Shown here one piece after another: positions 43,690 to 58,600 of a stretch of DNA of 64,000 bases. A program made the position numbers and the translations under genes. Positions within the stretch are counted from its first letter, which is position 1; the number at the start of each line of letters is the position of its first letter. Source of the DNA: the human T2T-CHM13v2.0 reference genome, Homo sapiens. Under the pieces are notes generated by a model. That model saw only the letters and a list, made by a program, of their open reading frames with translations, did no database searches and was not told the DNA's origin. The DNA lies in the NCBI RefSeq assembly GCF_009914755.1, contig NC_060948.1, one strand, 5' to 3'.

Positions 43690-46600
43690 ATGTAATGTAA
43701 TGAACTCGAATGTAATTGACTGGAATGGAATGTACATGAATGGAATGTAATCGAATGGAAAGCAATCCAATGGAATAGAATCTAATGCAATAAAATCGAC
43801 TCAAATAGAGTAGAATGTAATGGAATGGAGTGCAGTGCAATGGAATGGAATGGAATGCAACGGAATGGAATGGAATGGAATGGAATGGGATGGAATGGTA
43901 TGGAATGGATAGTAATGGACTGGAGTGAAATGGACTGGAAAAGAATGGACTCAAATTGAAAGGGCTCGAAAGGAATGGAGTCAAATGGAATGGTCTGGAA
44001 TGGAATGAACACGAATGTAATGCAATCCAATAGAATGGAATCGAATGGCATGGAATATAAAGAAATGGAATCGAAGAGAATGGAAACAAATGGAATGGAA
44101 TTGAATGGAATGGAATTGAATGGAATGGGAACGAATGGAGTGAAATTGTATGCAGTAGAAGAGAATAGAATGGAATGCAAGCGAAAGGAAAGGAATGGAT
44201 TGGAATGGAATGGAATTCATTGGAATGGAAGGGAATGTAGTGTAATGGACAGGCCTGGAATAAAGTGGAATGCTACGGTCTCGAATGGAATAAAAATGTA
44301 TGGAATGGAATGCAATGAAACGGAATCGAATGTCATAGAATGTAATGGAATGCAAAAAAATGGACTCCAAAATCATTGACTGGAAAGGCTGGGTGTCGAA
44401 AGGAATTGACTCCAATGGAATGGAATCGAATGGAATGGAAGTGAATAGAATCGAACTAAATCGAATGGAATGGAATTGATAGGAACGGAATGGAAAGGAA
44501 TGCAATGATTTGGCATGGAATGGAATCGAAAGGCATCGAATGGAATGGAATGGAATGCAATGGAATGGAATGTATTAGAATGTAATGAACATTAATGGAA
44601 AGTACTCGAATGGATTCGACTGGAATGGAATGTTCTGGAAGTGAATGGACTCCAATGGAATGGATTCGAAAGGAATGGAATCGAACGGAATGGAATTAAA
44701 CGGAAATGAATCAAATAGAATAGAACGGAATTGAATTGAATGGAATCGAATGCAATGGAATCTAATGAAACGGAAAGGAATGGAATGGAATGGGCTGGAA
44801 TGGAATGGAATCGAAACGAATGGAATGGAATCGAACTGAAGAGACTGGAATGGAATGCACTGGAATGGAAGGGAATGTAATGGAAGGTTCTCGAAAAAAA
44901 TGGAATCGAAAGGAATGGAATTGAATGGAACGGAATAGAGTCGAATGGAATTCAATGGAATGGAATGGACTAGAGTGAAATGGAATCGAACCACAAGGAA
45001 TGGACAGGAATAGAATGGTCTCGAATTGAATGGAATCGTATGGAATGGCATCAAACGGAATGGAATGGACGGCCACGGAATGGAATGCACTCGAATGCAA
45101 TGGAGTCGAAACTAATGGACTGGAATAGAATGGACTCGACTGGTACGGACTCCAATGGAATGGAATCGAATGGAAGGGAATCGAACGGAAGGGAATCGAA
45201 CGGAATGGACTCGAAGGGAAAAGACTGCAATGGAAAGGTCTCGAATGGAATGGAAATTAATGGAATGGAATGGAATCGAATGAAATGGAGTCAAAAGGAA
45301 TGGAATCGAATGGCAAGAAATCGAATGTAATGGAATCGCAAGGAATTGATGTGAACGGAACGGAATGGAATGGAATCCAAAGGAATGGAATAGAATGGAA
45401 TGGAATCGAATGGAAAGGACTCGAATGGAAATCACTCGAATAGAATGCAATTTAATAAAATAGGATCAAATGTAATGGAATGGAATGGAAAGGAATCGAA
45501 ACGAAAGGAATGGAGACAGATGGAATGGAATGGAACAGAGAGCAATGGTATAGAATGGAATGGAATCATCTGGAATGGAATTGAATGGAATGGAATAATA
45601 TGAAATGGAATGGAATGGAATGGAATGTCCTTGAATTAAATGGACTGGAATGGAATGGACTCGAACAGAGTGGAATGGAAAGTGTTGAAATAGCATGGAA
45701 TGGACTCGTTTGGAATGGTGTAGTATGCAATGCAATCGACTGGCAGGGAATCAAAAGGAATGTAATCGAATGGATTGGACTGGAATGCAATGGACTCGAA
45801 TAGATTGGAAACGGAATGCAAAGGAATGGAATGGAATAGTATGGAATGGAATGGAAAGGAATGGAGTGGAATAGACTAGAGTGGAATGGAGTGGACTCGA
45901 AAGCTATGGACTGGAATGGAACTTTCTTGAATGGACTGGAATCAAACGGAATGGAATGCAATGCAATCAAATGGCATGGAATAAAATGGAATGAAAGAGA
46001 ATCAAACGGAATTGAATCGAATGGAATCGAATGGATTGGAAAGGAATAGAATGGAATGGAATGGAATTGACTCAAATGGAATGGACTAGAATGGAATGGA
46101 TTCGAATGGAAGGCAAAGGAATGGAATCTATTGGAATGGACTGTAATGGAATGGAATGGAAGGGATTGGAATGGACTCGAATGGAATGGACTGCAATAGA
46201 AAGGATTCGAATGGAATGAAAAAGAATTGAATGGAATAGAACAGAATGGAATCAAACCTCATGAAATAGAATGGAATAGAAAGGAATGGAATGAAATCGA
46301 ATGGAAAGGATTCGAATGGAATGCAATCGAATGGAATGCAATCGAATGGAATGGAATCGAACGGAATGGAATAAAATGGAAGAAAACTGGCAAGAAATGG
46401 AATCGAAATGAATGGAGTGTTAAGGAACGGACTCAAAAGGAATTGAATGTAATAGAATGGAGTGGAGTGGACTCGAATATAATGGACTGGAATGGAATGA
46501 AATCACATGGAATGGGAACGAATGGAATGGAATGGAAAGGAATGGAATCGAATGGAAAGGAATCGAATGGAAGGGAATGAAATTGAATCAACAGGAATGG

Positions 46601-49600
46601 AAGGGAATAGAATAGACGGTAATGGAATGGACTCGAATAGAATGGACACGAATGCTCAAATTGAATGGACTCGAATGGAATGGAAATGAAAGGAATGTCA
46701 TCGAATGCAATTCAATCGATTGGAATGAAATCGCATAGGATGGAGTGGAATCAAATGGAATTGAATCGAAAGGAAAAGAAGCGAATTGACTGAAATGAAA
46801 TGGAATGGAATTGAATGGAAAGTAATGCAACGGAATAGAATGGATTGAAATTTCACGGAATGGAATCAAACTGAATGGAATCAAATCAATGGAATATAAT
46901 CAAATGGAATGGAAAGGAATTGAATGGAGTAGATTGTATTGGATGGGATTGGAATGAAATGTACTGGAAAGGACTCGAATTTCATGAAACGGAATGGAAT
47001 GTATTAGAACGGAATGGACTCGAATGGAATTGAATGTCACGGAATGGCATCAAATGGAATGGCATCAATTGGAATGGAATCGAATGCAATGGAATGCTAT
47101 GGAATGGAATGGAATGCATTGGAATGGAATGTCCTCTAATGGAATGGATTCGAGTGGAATGGAATCGAATATAATGGAGTCTAATGAAATGGAATTGAAA
47201 GGAATGGGATCCAATACAATGGAATATACTGGAATGTAATGTAATGAACTCGAATGTAATTGACTGGAATGGAATGTACATGAGTGGAATGTAATCGAAT
47301 GGAAAGTAATCCAATGGAATAGAATCTAATGCAATAAAATCGACTCAAATAGAGTAGAATGTAATGGAATGGAGTGCAGTGCAATGGAATGGAATGGAAT
47401 GGGATGGAATGGTATGGAATGGATAGTAATGGACTGGAGTGAAATGGACTGGAAAATAATGGACTCAAATTGAAAGGGCTCGAAAGGAATGGAGTCAAAT
47501 GGAATGGTCTGGAATGGAATGAACACGAATGTAATGCAATCCAATAGAATGGAATCGAATGGCATGGAATATAAAGAAATGGAATCGAAGAGAATGGAAA
47601 CAAATGGAATGGAATTGAATGGAATGGAATTGAATGGAATGGGAACGAATGGAGTGAAATTGTATGCAGTAGAAGAGAATAGAATGGAATGCAAGCGAAA
47701 GGAAAGGAATGGATTGGAATGGAATGGAATTCATTGGAATGGAAGGGAATGTAGTGTAATGGACAGGCCTGTAATAAAGTGGAATGCTACGGTCTCGAAT
47801 GGAATAAAAATGTATGGAATGGAATGCAATGAAACGGAATCGAATGTCATAGAAGTAATGGAATGCAAAAAAATGGACTCCAAAATCATTGACTGGAAAG
47901 GCTGGGTGTCGAAAGGAATTTACTCCAATGGAATGGAATCGAATGGAATGGAAGTGAATAGAATCGAACTAAATCGAATGGAATGGAATTGATAGGAACG
48001 GAATGGAAAGGAATGCAATGATTTCGCATGGAATGGAATCGAATGGCATCGAATGGAATGGAATGGAATGCAATGGAATGGAATGTATTAAAATGTAATG
48101 AACTTTAATGGAATGTACTCGAATGGATTCGACTGGAATGGAATGTTCTCGAAGTGAATGGACTCCAATGGAATGGATTCGAAAGGAATGGAATCTAATG
48201 GAATGGAATTAAATGGAAATGAATCAAATTGAATAGAACGGAATTGAATTGAATGGAATCGAATGCAATGGAATCTAATGAAACGGAAAGGAAAGGAATG
48301 GAATGGAATGGAATGGAATGGGCTGGAATGGAATGGAATCGAAACGAATGGAATGGAATCGAACTGAAGAGACTGGAATGGAATACACTGGAATGGAAGG
48401 GAATGTAATGGAAGGTTCTCGAAAAAATGTAATTGAAAGGAATGGAATTGAGTGGAACGGAATAGAGTCGAATGGAATTCAATGGAATGGAATGGACTAG
48501 AGTGAAATGGAATCGAACCACAAGGAATGGACAGGAATAGAATGGTCTCGAATTGAATGGAATCGTATGGAATGGCATCAAACGGAATGGAATGGACAGC
48601 CACGGAATGGAATGCACTCGAATGCAATGGAGTCGAAACTAATGGACTGGAATAGAATGGACTCGACTGGTACGGACTCCAATGGAATGGAATCGAATGG
48701 AAGGGAATCGAACGGAATGGACTCGAAGGGAAAAGACTGCAATGGAAAGGTCTCGAATGGAATGGAAATTAATGGAATGGAATGGAATCGAATGAAATGG
48801 AGTCAAAAGGAATGGAATCGAATGGCAAGAAATCGGATGTAATGGAATCGCAAGGAATTGATGTGAACGGAACGGAATGGAATGGAATCCAAAGGAATGG
48901 AATAGAATGGAATGGAATCGAATGGAAAGGACTCGAATGGAAATCACTCGAATAGAATGCAATTTAATAAAATAGGATCAAATGTAATGGAATGGAATGG
49001 AAAGGAATCAAAACGAAAGGAATGGAGACAGATGGAATGGAATGGAACAGAGAGCAATGGTATAGAATGGAATGGAATCATCTGGAATGGAATTGAATGG
49101 AATGGAATAACATGAAATGGACTGGAATGGAATGGAATGCCCTTGAATTAAATGGACTGGAATGGAATGGACTCGAACAGAGTGGAATGGAAAGTGTTGA
49201 AATAGAATGGAATGGACTCGTTTGGAATGGTCTAGTATGCAATGCAATCGACTGGCAGGGAATCAAAAGGAATGTAATCGAATGGATTGGACTGGAATGC
49301 AATGGACTCGAATAGATTGGAAACGGAATGCAAAGGAATGGAATGGAATAGTATGGAATGGAATGGAAAGGAATGGAGTGGAATAGACTAGAGTGGAATG
49401 GAATGGACTCGAAAGCAATGGACTGGAATGGAACTTTCTTGAATGGACTGGAATCAAACGGAATGGAATGTAATGCAATCAAATGGCATGGAATAAAATA
49501 GAATGAAAGAGAATCAAATGGAATTGAATCGAATGGAATCGAATGGATTGGAAAGGAATAGAATGGAATGGAATGGAATTGACTCAAATGGAATGGACTA

Positions 49601-52600
49601 GAATGGAATGGATTCGAATGGAAGGCAAAGGAATGGAATCTATTGGAATGGACTGTAATGGAATGGAATGGAAGGGATTGGAATGGACTCGAATGGAATG
49701 GACTGCAATAGAAAGGATTCGAATGGAATGAAAAAGAATTGAATGGAATAGAACAGAATGGAATCAAATCGAATGAAATGGAATGGAATAGAAAGGAATG
49801 GAATGAAATGGAATGGAAAGGATTCGAATGGAATGCAATCGAATGGACTGGAATCGAACGGAATGGAATAAAATGGAAGAAAACTGGCAAGAAATGGAAT
49901 CGAAATGAATGGAGTGTTATGGAACGGACTCAAAAGGAATTGAATGTAATAGAATGGAGTGGAGTGGACTCCAATATAATAGACTGGAATGGAATGAAAT
50001 CACATGGAATGGGAACGAATGGAATGGAATGGAAAGGAATGGAATCGAATGGAAAGGAATCGAATGGAAGGGAATGAAATTGAATCAACAGGAATGGAAA
50101 GGAGTAGAATAGACGGTAATGGAATGGGCTCGAATAGAATGGACACGAATGCTCAAATTAAATGGACTCGAATGGAATGGAAACGAAAGGAATGTCATCG
50201 AATGGAATTGAATCGATTGGAATGAAATCACATAGAATGGAGTGGAATCAAATGGAATTGAATCGAAAGGAAAGGAAGCGAATGGACTGAAATGAAATGG
50301 AATGGAATTGAATGGAAATTAATGCAATGGAATAGAATGGAAAGAAATTTCACGGAATGGAATCAAACTGAATGGAATCAAATCAATGGAATATAATCAA
50401 ATGGAATGGAAAGGAATTGAATGGAGTAGATTGGATTGGATGGGATTGGAATGAAATGTACTGGAAAGGACTCGAATTTCATGAAACGGAATGGAATGAA
50501 TTAGAACGGAATGGACTCGAATGGAATGGAATATCACGGAATGGCATCAAATGGAATGGCATCAATTGGAATGGAATCGAATGCAATGGAATGCTATGGA
50601 ATGGAATGGAATGCATTGGAATGGAATGTCCTCTAATGGAATGGATTCGAGTGGAATGGAATCGAATATAATGGAGTCTAATGAAATTGAATTGAAAGGA
50701 ATGGGATCCAATACAATGGAATATACTGGAATGTAATGTAATGAACTCGAATGTAATTGACTGGAATGGAATGTACATGAATGGAATGTAATCGAATGGA
50801 AAGTAATCCAATGGAATAGAATCTAATGCAATAAAATCGACTCAAGTAGAGTAGAATATAATGGAATGGAGTGCAGTGCAATGGAATGGAATGGAATGGA
50901 ATGCAATGGAATGGAATGGAATGGAATGGAATGGAATGGAATGGGATGGAATGGTATGGAATGGATAGTAATGGACTGGAGTGAAATGGACTGGAAAGGA
51001 ATGGACTCAAATTGAAAGGGCTCGAAAGGAATGGAGTCAAATGGAATGGTCTGGAATGGAATGAACACGAATGTAATGCAATCCAATAGAATGGAATCGA
51101 ATGGCATGGAATGTAAAGAAATGGAATCGAAGAGAATGGAAACAAATGGAATGGAATTGAATGGAATGGAATTGAATGGAATGGGAACGAATGGAGTGAA
51201 ATTGTATGCAGTAGAAGAGAATAGAATGGAATGCAAGCGAAAGGAAAGGAATGGATTGGAATGGAATGGAATTCATTGGAATGGAAGGGAATGTAGTGTA
51301 ATGGACAGGCCTGGAATAAAGTGGAATGCTACGGTCTCGAATGGAATAAAAATGTATGGAATGGAATGCAATGAAACGGAATCGAATGTCATAGAATGTA
51401 ATGGAATGCAAAAAAATGGAATCCAAAATCATTGACTGGAAAGGCTGGGTGTCGAAAGGAATTGACTCCAATGGAATGGAATCGAATGGCATGGAAGTGA
51501 ATAGAATGGAACTAAATCGAATGGAATGGAATTGATAGGAACGGAATGGAAAGGAATGCAATGATTTGGCATGGAATGGAATCGAATGGCATCGAATGGA
51601 ATGGAATGGAATGCAATGGAATGGAATGTATTAGAATGTAATGAACTTTAATGGAATGTACTCGAATGGATTCGACTGGAATGGAATGTTCTCGAAGTGA
51701 ATGGACTCCAATGGAATGGATTCGAAAGGAATGGAATCTAATGGAATGGAATTAAATGGAAATGAATCAAATTGAATAGAACGGAATTGAATTGAATGGA
51801 ATCGAATGCAATGGAATCTAATGAAAAGGAAAGGAAAGGAATGGAATGGATTGGAATGGAATGGGCTGGAATGGAATGGAATCGAAACGAATGGAATGGA
51901 ATCGAACTGAAGAGACTGGAATGGAATGCACTGGAATGGAAGGGAATGTAATGGAAGGTTCTCAAGAAAAATGGAATCGAAAGGAATGGAATTGAATGGA
52001 ACGGAATAGAGTCGAATGGAATTCAATTGAATGGAATGGACTAGAGTGAAATGGAATCGAACCACAAGGAATGGACAGGAATAGAATGGTCTCGAATTGA
52101 ATGGAATCGTATGGAATGGCATCAAACGGAATGGAATGGACAGCCACGGAATGGAATGCACTCGAATGCAATGGAGTCGACACTAACGGAGTGGAATAGA
52201 ATGGACTCGACTGGTACGGACTCCAATGGAATGGAATCGAATGGAAGGGTATCGAACGGAATGGACTCGAAGGGAAAAGACTGCAATGGAAAGGTCTCGA
52301 ATGGAATGGAAATTAATGGAATGGAATGGAATCGAATGAAATGGAGTCAAAAGGAATGGAATCGAATGGCAAGAAATCGAATGTAATGGAATCGCAAGGA
52401 ATTGAAGTGAACGGAACGGAATGCAATGGAATCCAAAGGAATGGAATAGAATGGAATGGAATCGAATGGAAAGGACTCGAATGGAAATCACTCGAATAGA
52501 ATGCAATTTAATAAAATAGGATCAAATGTAATGGAATGGAATGGAAAGGAATCGAAACGAAAGGAATGGAGACAGATGGAATGGAATGGAACAGAGAGCA

Positions 52601-55600
52601 ATGGTATAGAATGGAATGGAATCATCTGGAATGGAATTGAATGGAATGGAATAATATGAAATGGAATGGAATGGAATGGAATGCCCTTGAATTAAATGGA
52701 CTGGAATGGAATGGACTCGAACAGAGTGGAATGGAAAGTGTTGAAATAGAATGGAATGGACTCGTTTGGAATGGTCTAGTATGCAATGCAATCGACTGGC
52801 AGGGAATCAAAAGGAATGTAATCGAATGGATTGGACTGGAATGCAATGGACTCGAATAGATTGGAAACGGAAAGCAAAGGAATGGAATGGAATAGTATGG
52901 AATGGAATGGAAAGGAATGGAGTGGAATAGACTAGAGTGGAATGGAATGGACTGGAAAGCAATGGACTGGAATGGAACTTTCTTGAATGGACTGGAATCA
53001 AACGGAATGGAATGCAATGCAATCAAATGGCATGGAATAAAATAGAATGAAAGAGAATCAAATGGAATTGAATCGAATGGAATCGAATGGATTGGAAAGG
53101 AATAGAATGGAATGGAACGGAATTGACTCAAATGGAATGGACTAGAATGGAATGGATTCGAATGGAAGGCAAATGAATGGAATCTATTGGAATGGACTGT
53201 AATGGAATGGAATGGAAGGGATTGGAATGGACTCGAATAGAATGGACTGCAATAGAAAGGATTCGAATGGAATGAAAAAGAATTGAATGAAATAGAAGAG
53301 AATGGAAACAAATCGAATGAAATGGAATGGAAGAGAAAGGAATGGAATGAAATGGAATGGAAAGGATTCGAATGGAATGCAATCGAATGGAATGGAATCG
53401 AACGGAATGGAATAAAATGGAAGAAAACTGGCAAGAAATGGAATCGAAATGAATGGAGTGTTATGGAACGGACTCAAAAGGAATTGAATGTAATAGAATG
53501 GAGTGGAGTGGACTCGAATATAATGGACTGGAATGGAATGAAATCACATGGAATGGGAACGAATGGAATGGAATGGAAAGGAATGGAATCGAATGGAAAG
53601 GAATCGAATGGAAGGGAATGAAATTGAATCAACAGGAATGGAAGGGAGTAGAATAGACGGTAATGGAATGGACTCGAATAGAATGGACACGAATGCTCAA
53701 ATTGAATGGACTCGAATGGAATGGAAACGAAAGGAATGTCATCGAATGGAATTGAATCGATTGGAATGAAATCGCATAGAATGGAGTGGAATCAAATGGA
53801 ATTGAATCGAAAGGAAAGGAAGCGAATGGACTGAAATGAAATGGAATGGAATTGAATGGAAAGTAATGCAATGGAATAGAATGGAACGAAATTTCACGGA
53901 ATGGAATCAAACTGAATGGAATCAAATCAATGGAATATAATCAAATGGAATGGAAAGGAATTGAACGGAGTAGATTGGATTGGATGGGATTGGAATGAAA
54001 TGTACTGGAAAGGACTCGAAATTCATGAAACGGAATGGAATGAACTGGAACGGAATGGAATCGAATGGAATGGAATGTCATGTAATGGCATCAAATGGAA
54101 TGGAATCGAATGCGATGGAATGCTATGGAATGGAATGGAATGCATAGGAATGGAATGTCCTCTAATGGAATGTATTCGAGTGGAATGGAATCGAATATAA
54201 TGCAGTCTAATGAAATGGAATTGAAAGGAATGGGACCGAATACAATGGAATAAACTGGAATGTAATGTAATGAACTCGAATGTAATTGACTGGAATGGAA
54301 TGTACATGAATGGAATGTAATCGCATGGAAAGCAATCCAATGGAATAGAATCTAATGCAATAAAATCGACTCAAATAGAGTAGAATGTAATGGAATGGAG
54401 TGCAGTGCAATGGAATGGAATGGAATGCAACGGAATGGAATGGAATGGAATGGAATGGGATGGAATGGTATGGAATGGATAGTAATGGACTGGAGTGAAA
54501 TGGACTGGAAAAGAATGGACTCAAATTGAAAGGGCTCGAAAGGAATGGAGTCAAATGGAATGGTCTGGAATGGAATGAACACGAATGTAATGCAATCCAA
54601 TAGAATGGAATCGAATGGCATAGAATATAAAGAAATGGAATCGAAGAGAATGGAAACAAATGGAATGGAATTGAATGGAATGGAATTGAATGGAATGGGA
54701 ACGAATGGAGTGAAATTGTATGCAGTAGAAGAGAATAGAATGGAATGCAAGCGAAAGGAAAGGAATGGATTGGAATGGAATGGAATTCATTGGAATGGAA
54801 GGGAATGTAGTGTAATGGACAGGCCTGGAATAAAGTGGAATGCTACGGTCTCGAATGGAATAAAAATGTATGGAATGGAATGCAATGAAACGGAATCGAA
54901 TGTCATAGAATGTAATGGAATGCAAAAAAATGGAATCCAAAATCATTGACTGGAAAGGCTGGGTGTCGAAAGGAATTGACTCCAATGGAATGGAATCGAA
55001 TGGAATGGAAGTGAATAGAATCGAACTAAATCGAATGGAATGGAATTGATAGGAACGGAATGGAAAGGAATGCAATGATTTGGCATGGAATGGAATCGAA
55101 AGGCATCGAATGGAATGGAATGGAATGCAATGGAATGGAATGTATTAGAATGTAATGAACATTAATGGAAAGTACTCGAATGGATTCGACTGGAATGGAA
55201 TGTTCTGGAAGTGAATGGACTCCAATGGAATGGATTCGAAAGGAATGGAATCGAACGGAATGGAATTAAACGGAAATGAATCAAATAGAATAGAACGGAA
55301 TTGAATTGAATGGAATCGAATGCAATGGAATCTAATGAAACGGAAAGGAATGGAATGGAATGGGCTGGAATGGAATGGAATCGAAACGAATGGAATGGAA
55401 TCGAACTGAAGAGACTGGAATGGAATGCACTGGAATGGAAGGGAATGTAATGGAAGGTTCTCGAAAAAAATGGAATCGAAAGGAATGGAATTGAATGGAA
55501 CGGAATAGAGTCGAATGGAATTCAATGGAATGGAATGGACTAGAGTGAAATGGAATCGAACCACAAGGAATGGACAGGAATAGAATGGTCTCGAATTGAA

Positions 55601-58600
55601 TGGAATCTTATGGAATGGCATCAAACGGAATGGAATGGACGGCCACGGAATGGAATGCACTCGAATGCAATGGAGTCGAAACTAATGGACTGGAATAGAA
55701 TGGACTCGACTGGTACGGACTCCAATGGAATGGAATCGAATGGAAGGGAATCGAACGGAATGGACTCGAAGGGAAAAGACTGCAATGGAAAGGTCTCGAA
55801 TGGAATGGAAATTAATGGAATGGAATGGAATCGAATGAAATGGAGTCAAAAGGAATGGAATCGAATGGCAAGAAATCGAATGTAATGGAATCGCAAGGAA
55901 TTGATGTGAACGGAACGGAATGGAATGGAATCCAAAGGAATGGAATAGAATGGAATGGAATCGAATGGAAAGGACTCGAATGGAAATCACTCGAATAGAA
56001 TGCAATTTAATAAAATAGGATCAAATGTAATGGAATGGAATGGAAAGGAATCGAAACGAAAGGAATGGAGACAGATGGAATGGAATGGAACAGAGAGCAA
56101 TGGTATAGAATGGAATGGAATCATCTGGAATGGAATTGAATGGAATGGAATAATATGAAATGGAATGGAATGGAATGGAATACCCTTGAATTAAATGGAC
56201 TGGAATGGAATGGACTCGAACAGAGTGGAATGGAAAGTGTTGAAATAGAATGGAATGGACTCGTTTGGAATGGTCTAGTATGCAATGCAATCGACTGGCA
56301 GGGAATCAAAAGGAATGTAATCGAATGGATTGGACTGGAATGCAATGGACTCGAATAGATTGGAAACGGAAAGCAAAGGAATGGAATGGAATAGTATGGA
56401 ATGGAATGCAAAGGAATGGAGTGGAATAGACTAGAGTGGAATGGAATGGACTGGAAAGCAATGGACTGGAATGGAACTTTCTTGAATGGACTGGAATCAA
56501 ACGGAATGGAATGCAATGCAATCAAATGGCATGGAATAAAATAGAATGAAAGAGAATCAAATGGAATTGAATCGAATGGAATCGAATGGATTGGAAAGGA
56601 ATAGAATGGAATGGAATGGAATTGACTCAAATGGAATGGACTAGAATGGAATGGATTCGAATGGAAGGCAAAGGAATGGAATCTATTGGAATGGACTGTA
56701 ATGGAATGGAATGGAAGGGATTGTAATGGACTCGAATGGAATGGACTGCAGTAGAAAGGATTCGAATGGAATGAAAAAGAATTGAATGGAATAGAACAGA
56801 ATGGAATCAAATCGAATGAAATGGAATGGAATAGAAAGGAATGGAATGAAATGGAATGGAAAGGATTCGAATGGAATGCAATCGAATGGAATGAAATCGA
56901 ATGGAATGGAATCGAACGGAATGGAATAAAATGGAAGAAAACTGGCAAGAAATGGAATCGAAATGAATGGAGTGTTACGGAACGGACTCAAAAGGAATTG
57001 AATGTAATAGAATGGAGTGGAGTGGACTCGAATATAATGGACTAGAATGGAATGAAATCACATGGAATGGGAACGAATGGAATGGAATGGAAAGGAATGG
57101 AATCGAATGGAAAGGAATCGAATGGAAGGGAATGAAATTGAATCAACAGGAATGGAAGGGAGTAGAATAGACGGTAATGGAATGGACTCGAATAGAATGG
57201 ACACGAATGCTCAAATTGAATGGACTCGAATGGAATGGCAACGAAAGGAATGTCATCGAATGGAATTGAATCGTTGGAATGAAATCACATAGAATGGAGT
57301 GGAATCAAATGGAATTGAATCGAAAGGAAAGGAAGCGAATGGACTGAAATGAAATGGAATGGAATTGAATGGAAATTAATGCAATGGAATAGAATGGAAC
57401 GAAATTTCACGGAATGGAATCAAACTGAATGGAATCAAATCAATGGAATATAATCAAATGGAATGGAAAGGAATTGAATGGAGTAGATTGGATTGGATGG
57501 GATTGGAATGAAATGTACTGGAAAGGACTCGAATTTCATGAAACGGAATGGAATGAATTAGAACGGAATGGACTCGAATGGAATGGAATGTCATGGAATG
57601 GCATCAAATGGAATGGAATCGAATGCAATGGAATGCTTTGGAATGGAATGGAATGCATTGGAATGGAATGTCCTCTAATGGAATGTATTCGAGTGGAATG
57701 GAATCGAATATAATGGAGTCTAATGAAATGGAATTGAAAGGAATGGGACCGAATACAATGGAATATACTGGAATGTAATGTAATGAACTCGAATGTAATT
57801 GACTGGAATGGAATGTACATGAATGGAATGTAATCGAATGGAAAGCAATCCAATGGAATAGAATCTAATGCAATAAAATCGACTCAAATAGAGTAGAATG
57901 TAATGGAATGGAGTGCAGTGCAATGGAATGGAATGGAATGGAATGCAATGGAATGGAATGGAATGGAATGGGATGGAATGGTATGGAATGGATAGTAATG
58001 GACTGGAGTGAAATGGACTGGAAAAGAATGGACTCAAATTGAAAGGGCTCGAAAGGAATGGAGTCAAATGGAATGGTCTGGACTGGAATGAACACGAATG
58101 TAATGCAATCCAATAGAATGGAATCGAATGGCATGGAATATAAAGAAATGGAATCGAAGAGAATGGAAACAAATGGAATGGAATTGAATGGAATGGAATT
58201 GAATGGAATGGGAACGAATGGAGTGAAATTGTATGCAGTAGAAGAGAATAGAATGGAATGCAAGCGAAAGGAAAGGAATGGATTGGAATGGAATGGAATT
58301 CATTGGAATGGAAGGGAATGTAGTGTAATGGACAGGCCTGGAATAAAGTGGAATGCTACGGTCTCGAATGGAATAAAAATGTATGGAACGGAATGCAATG
58401 AAACGGAATCGAATGTCATAGAATGTAATGGAATGCAAAAAAATGGACTCCAAAATCATTGACTGGAAAGGCTGGGTGTCGAAAGGAATTGACTCCAATG
58501 GAATGGAATCGAATGGAATGGAAGTGAATAGAATCGAACTAAATCGAATGGAATGGAATTGATAGGAACGGAATGGAAAGGAATGCAATGATTTGGCATG

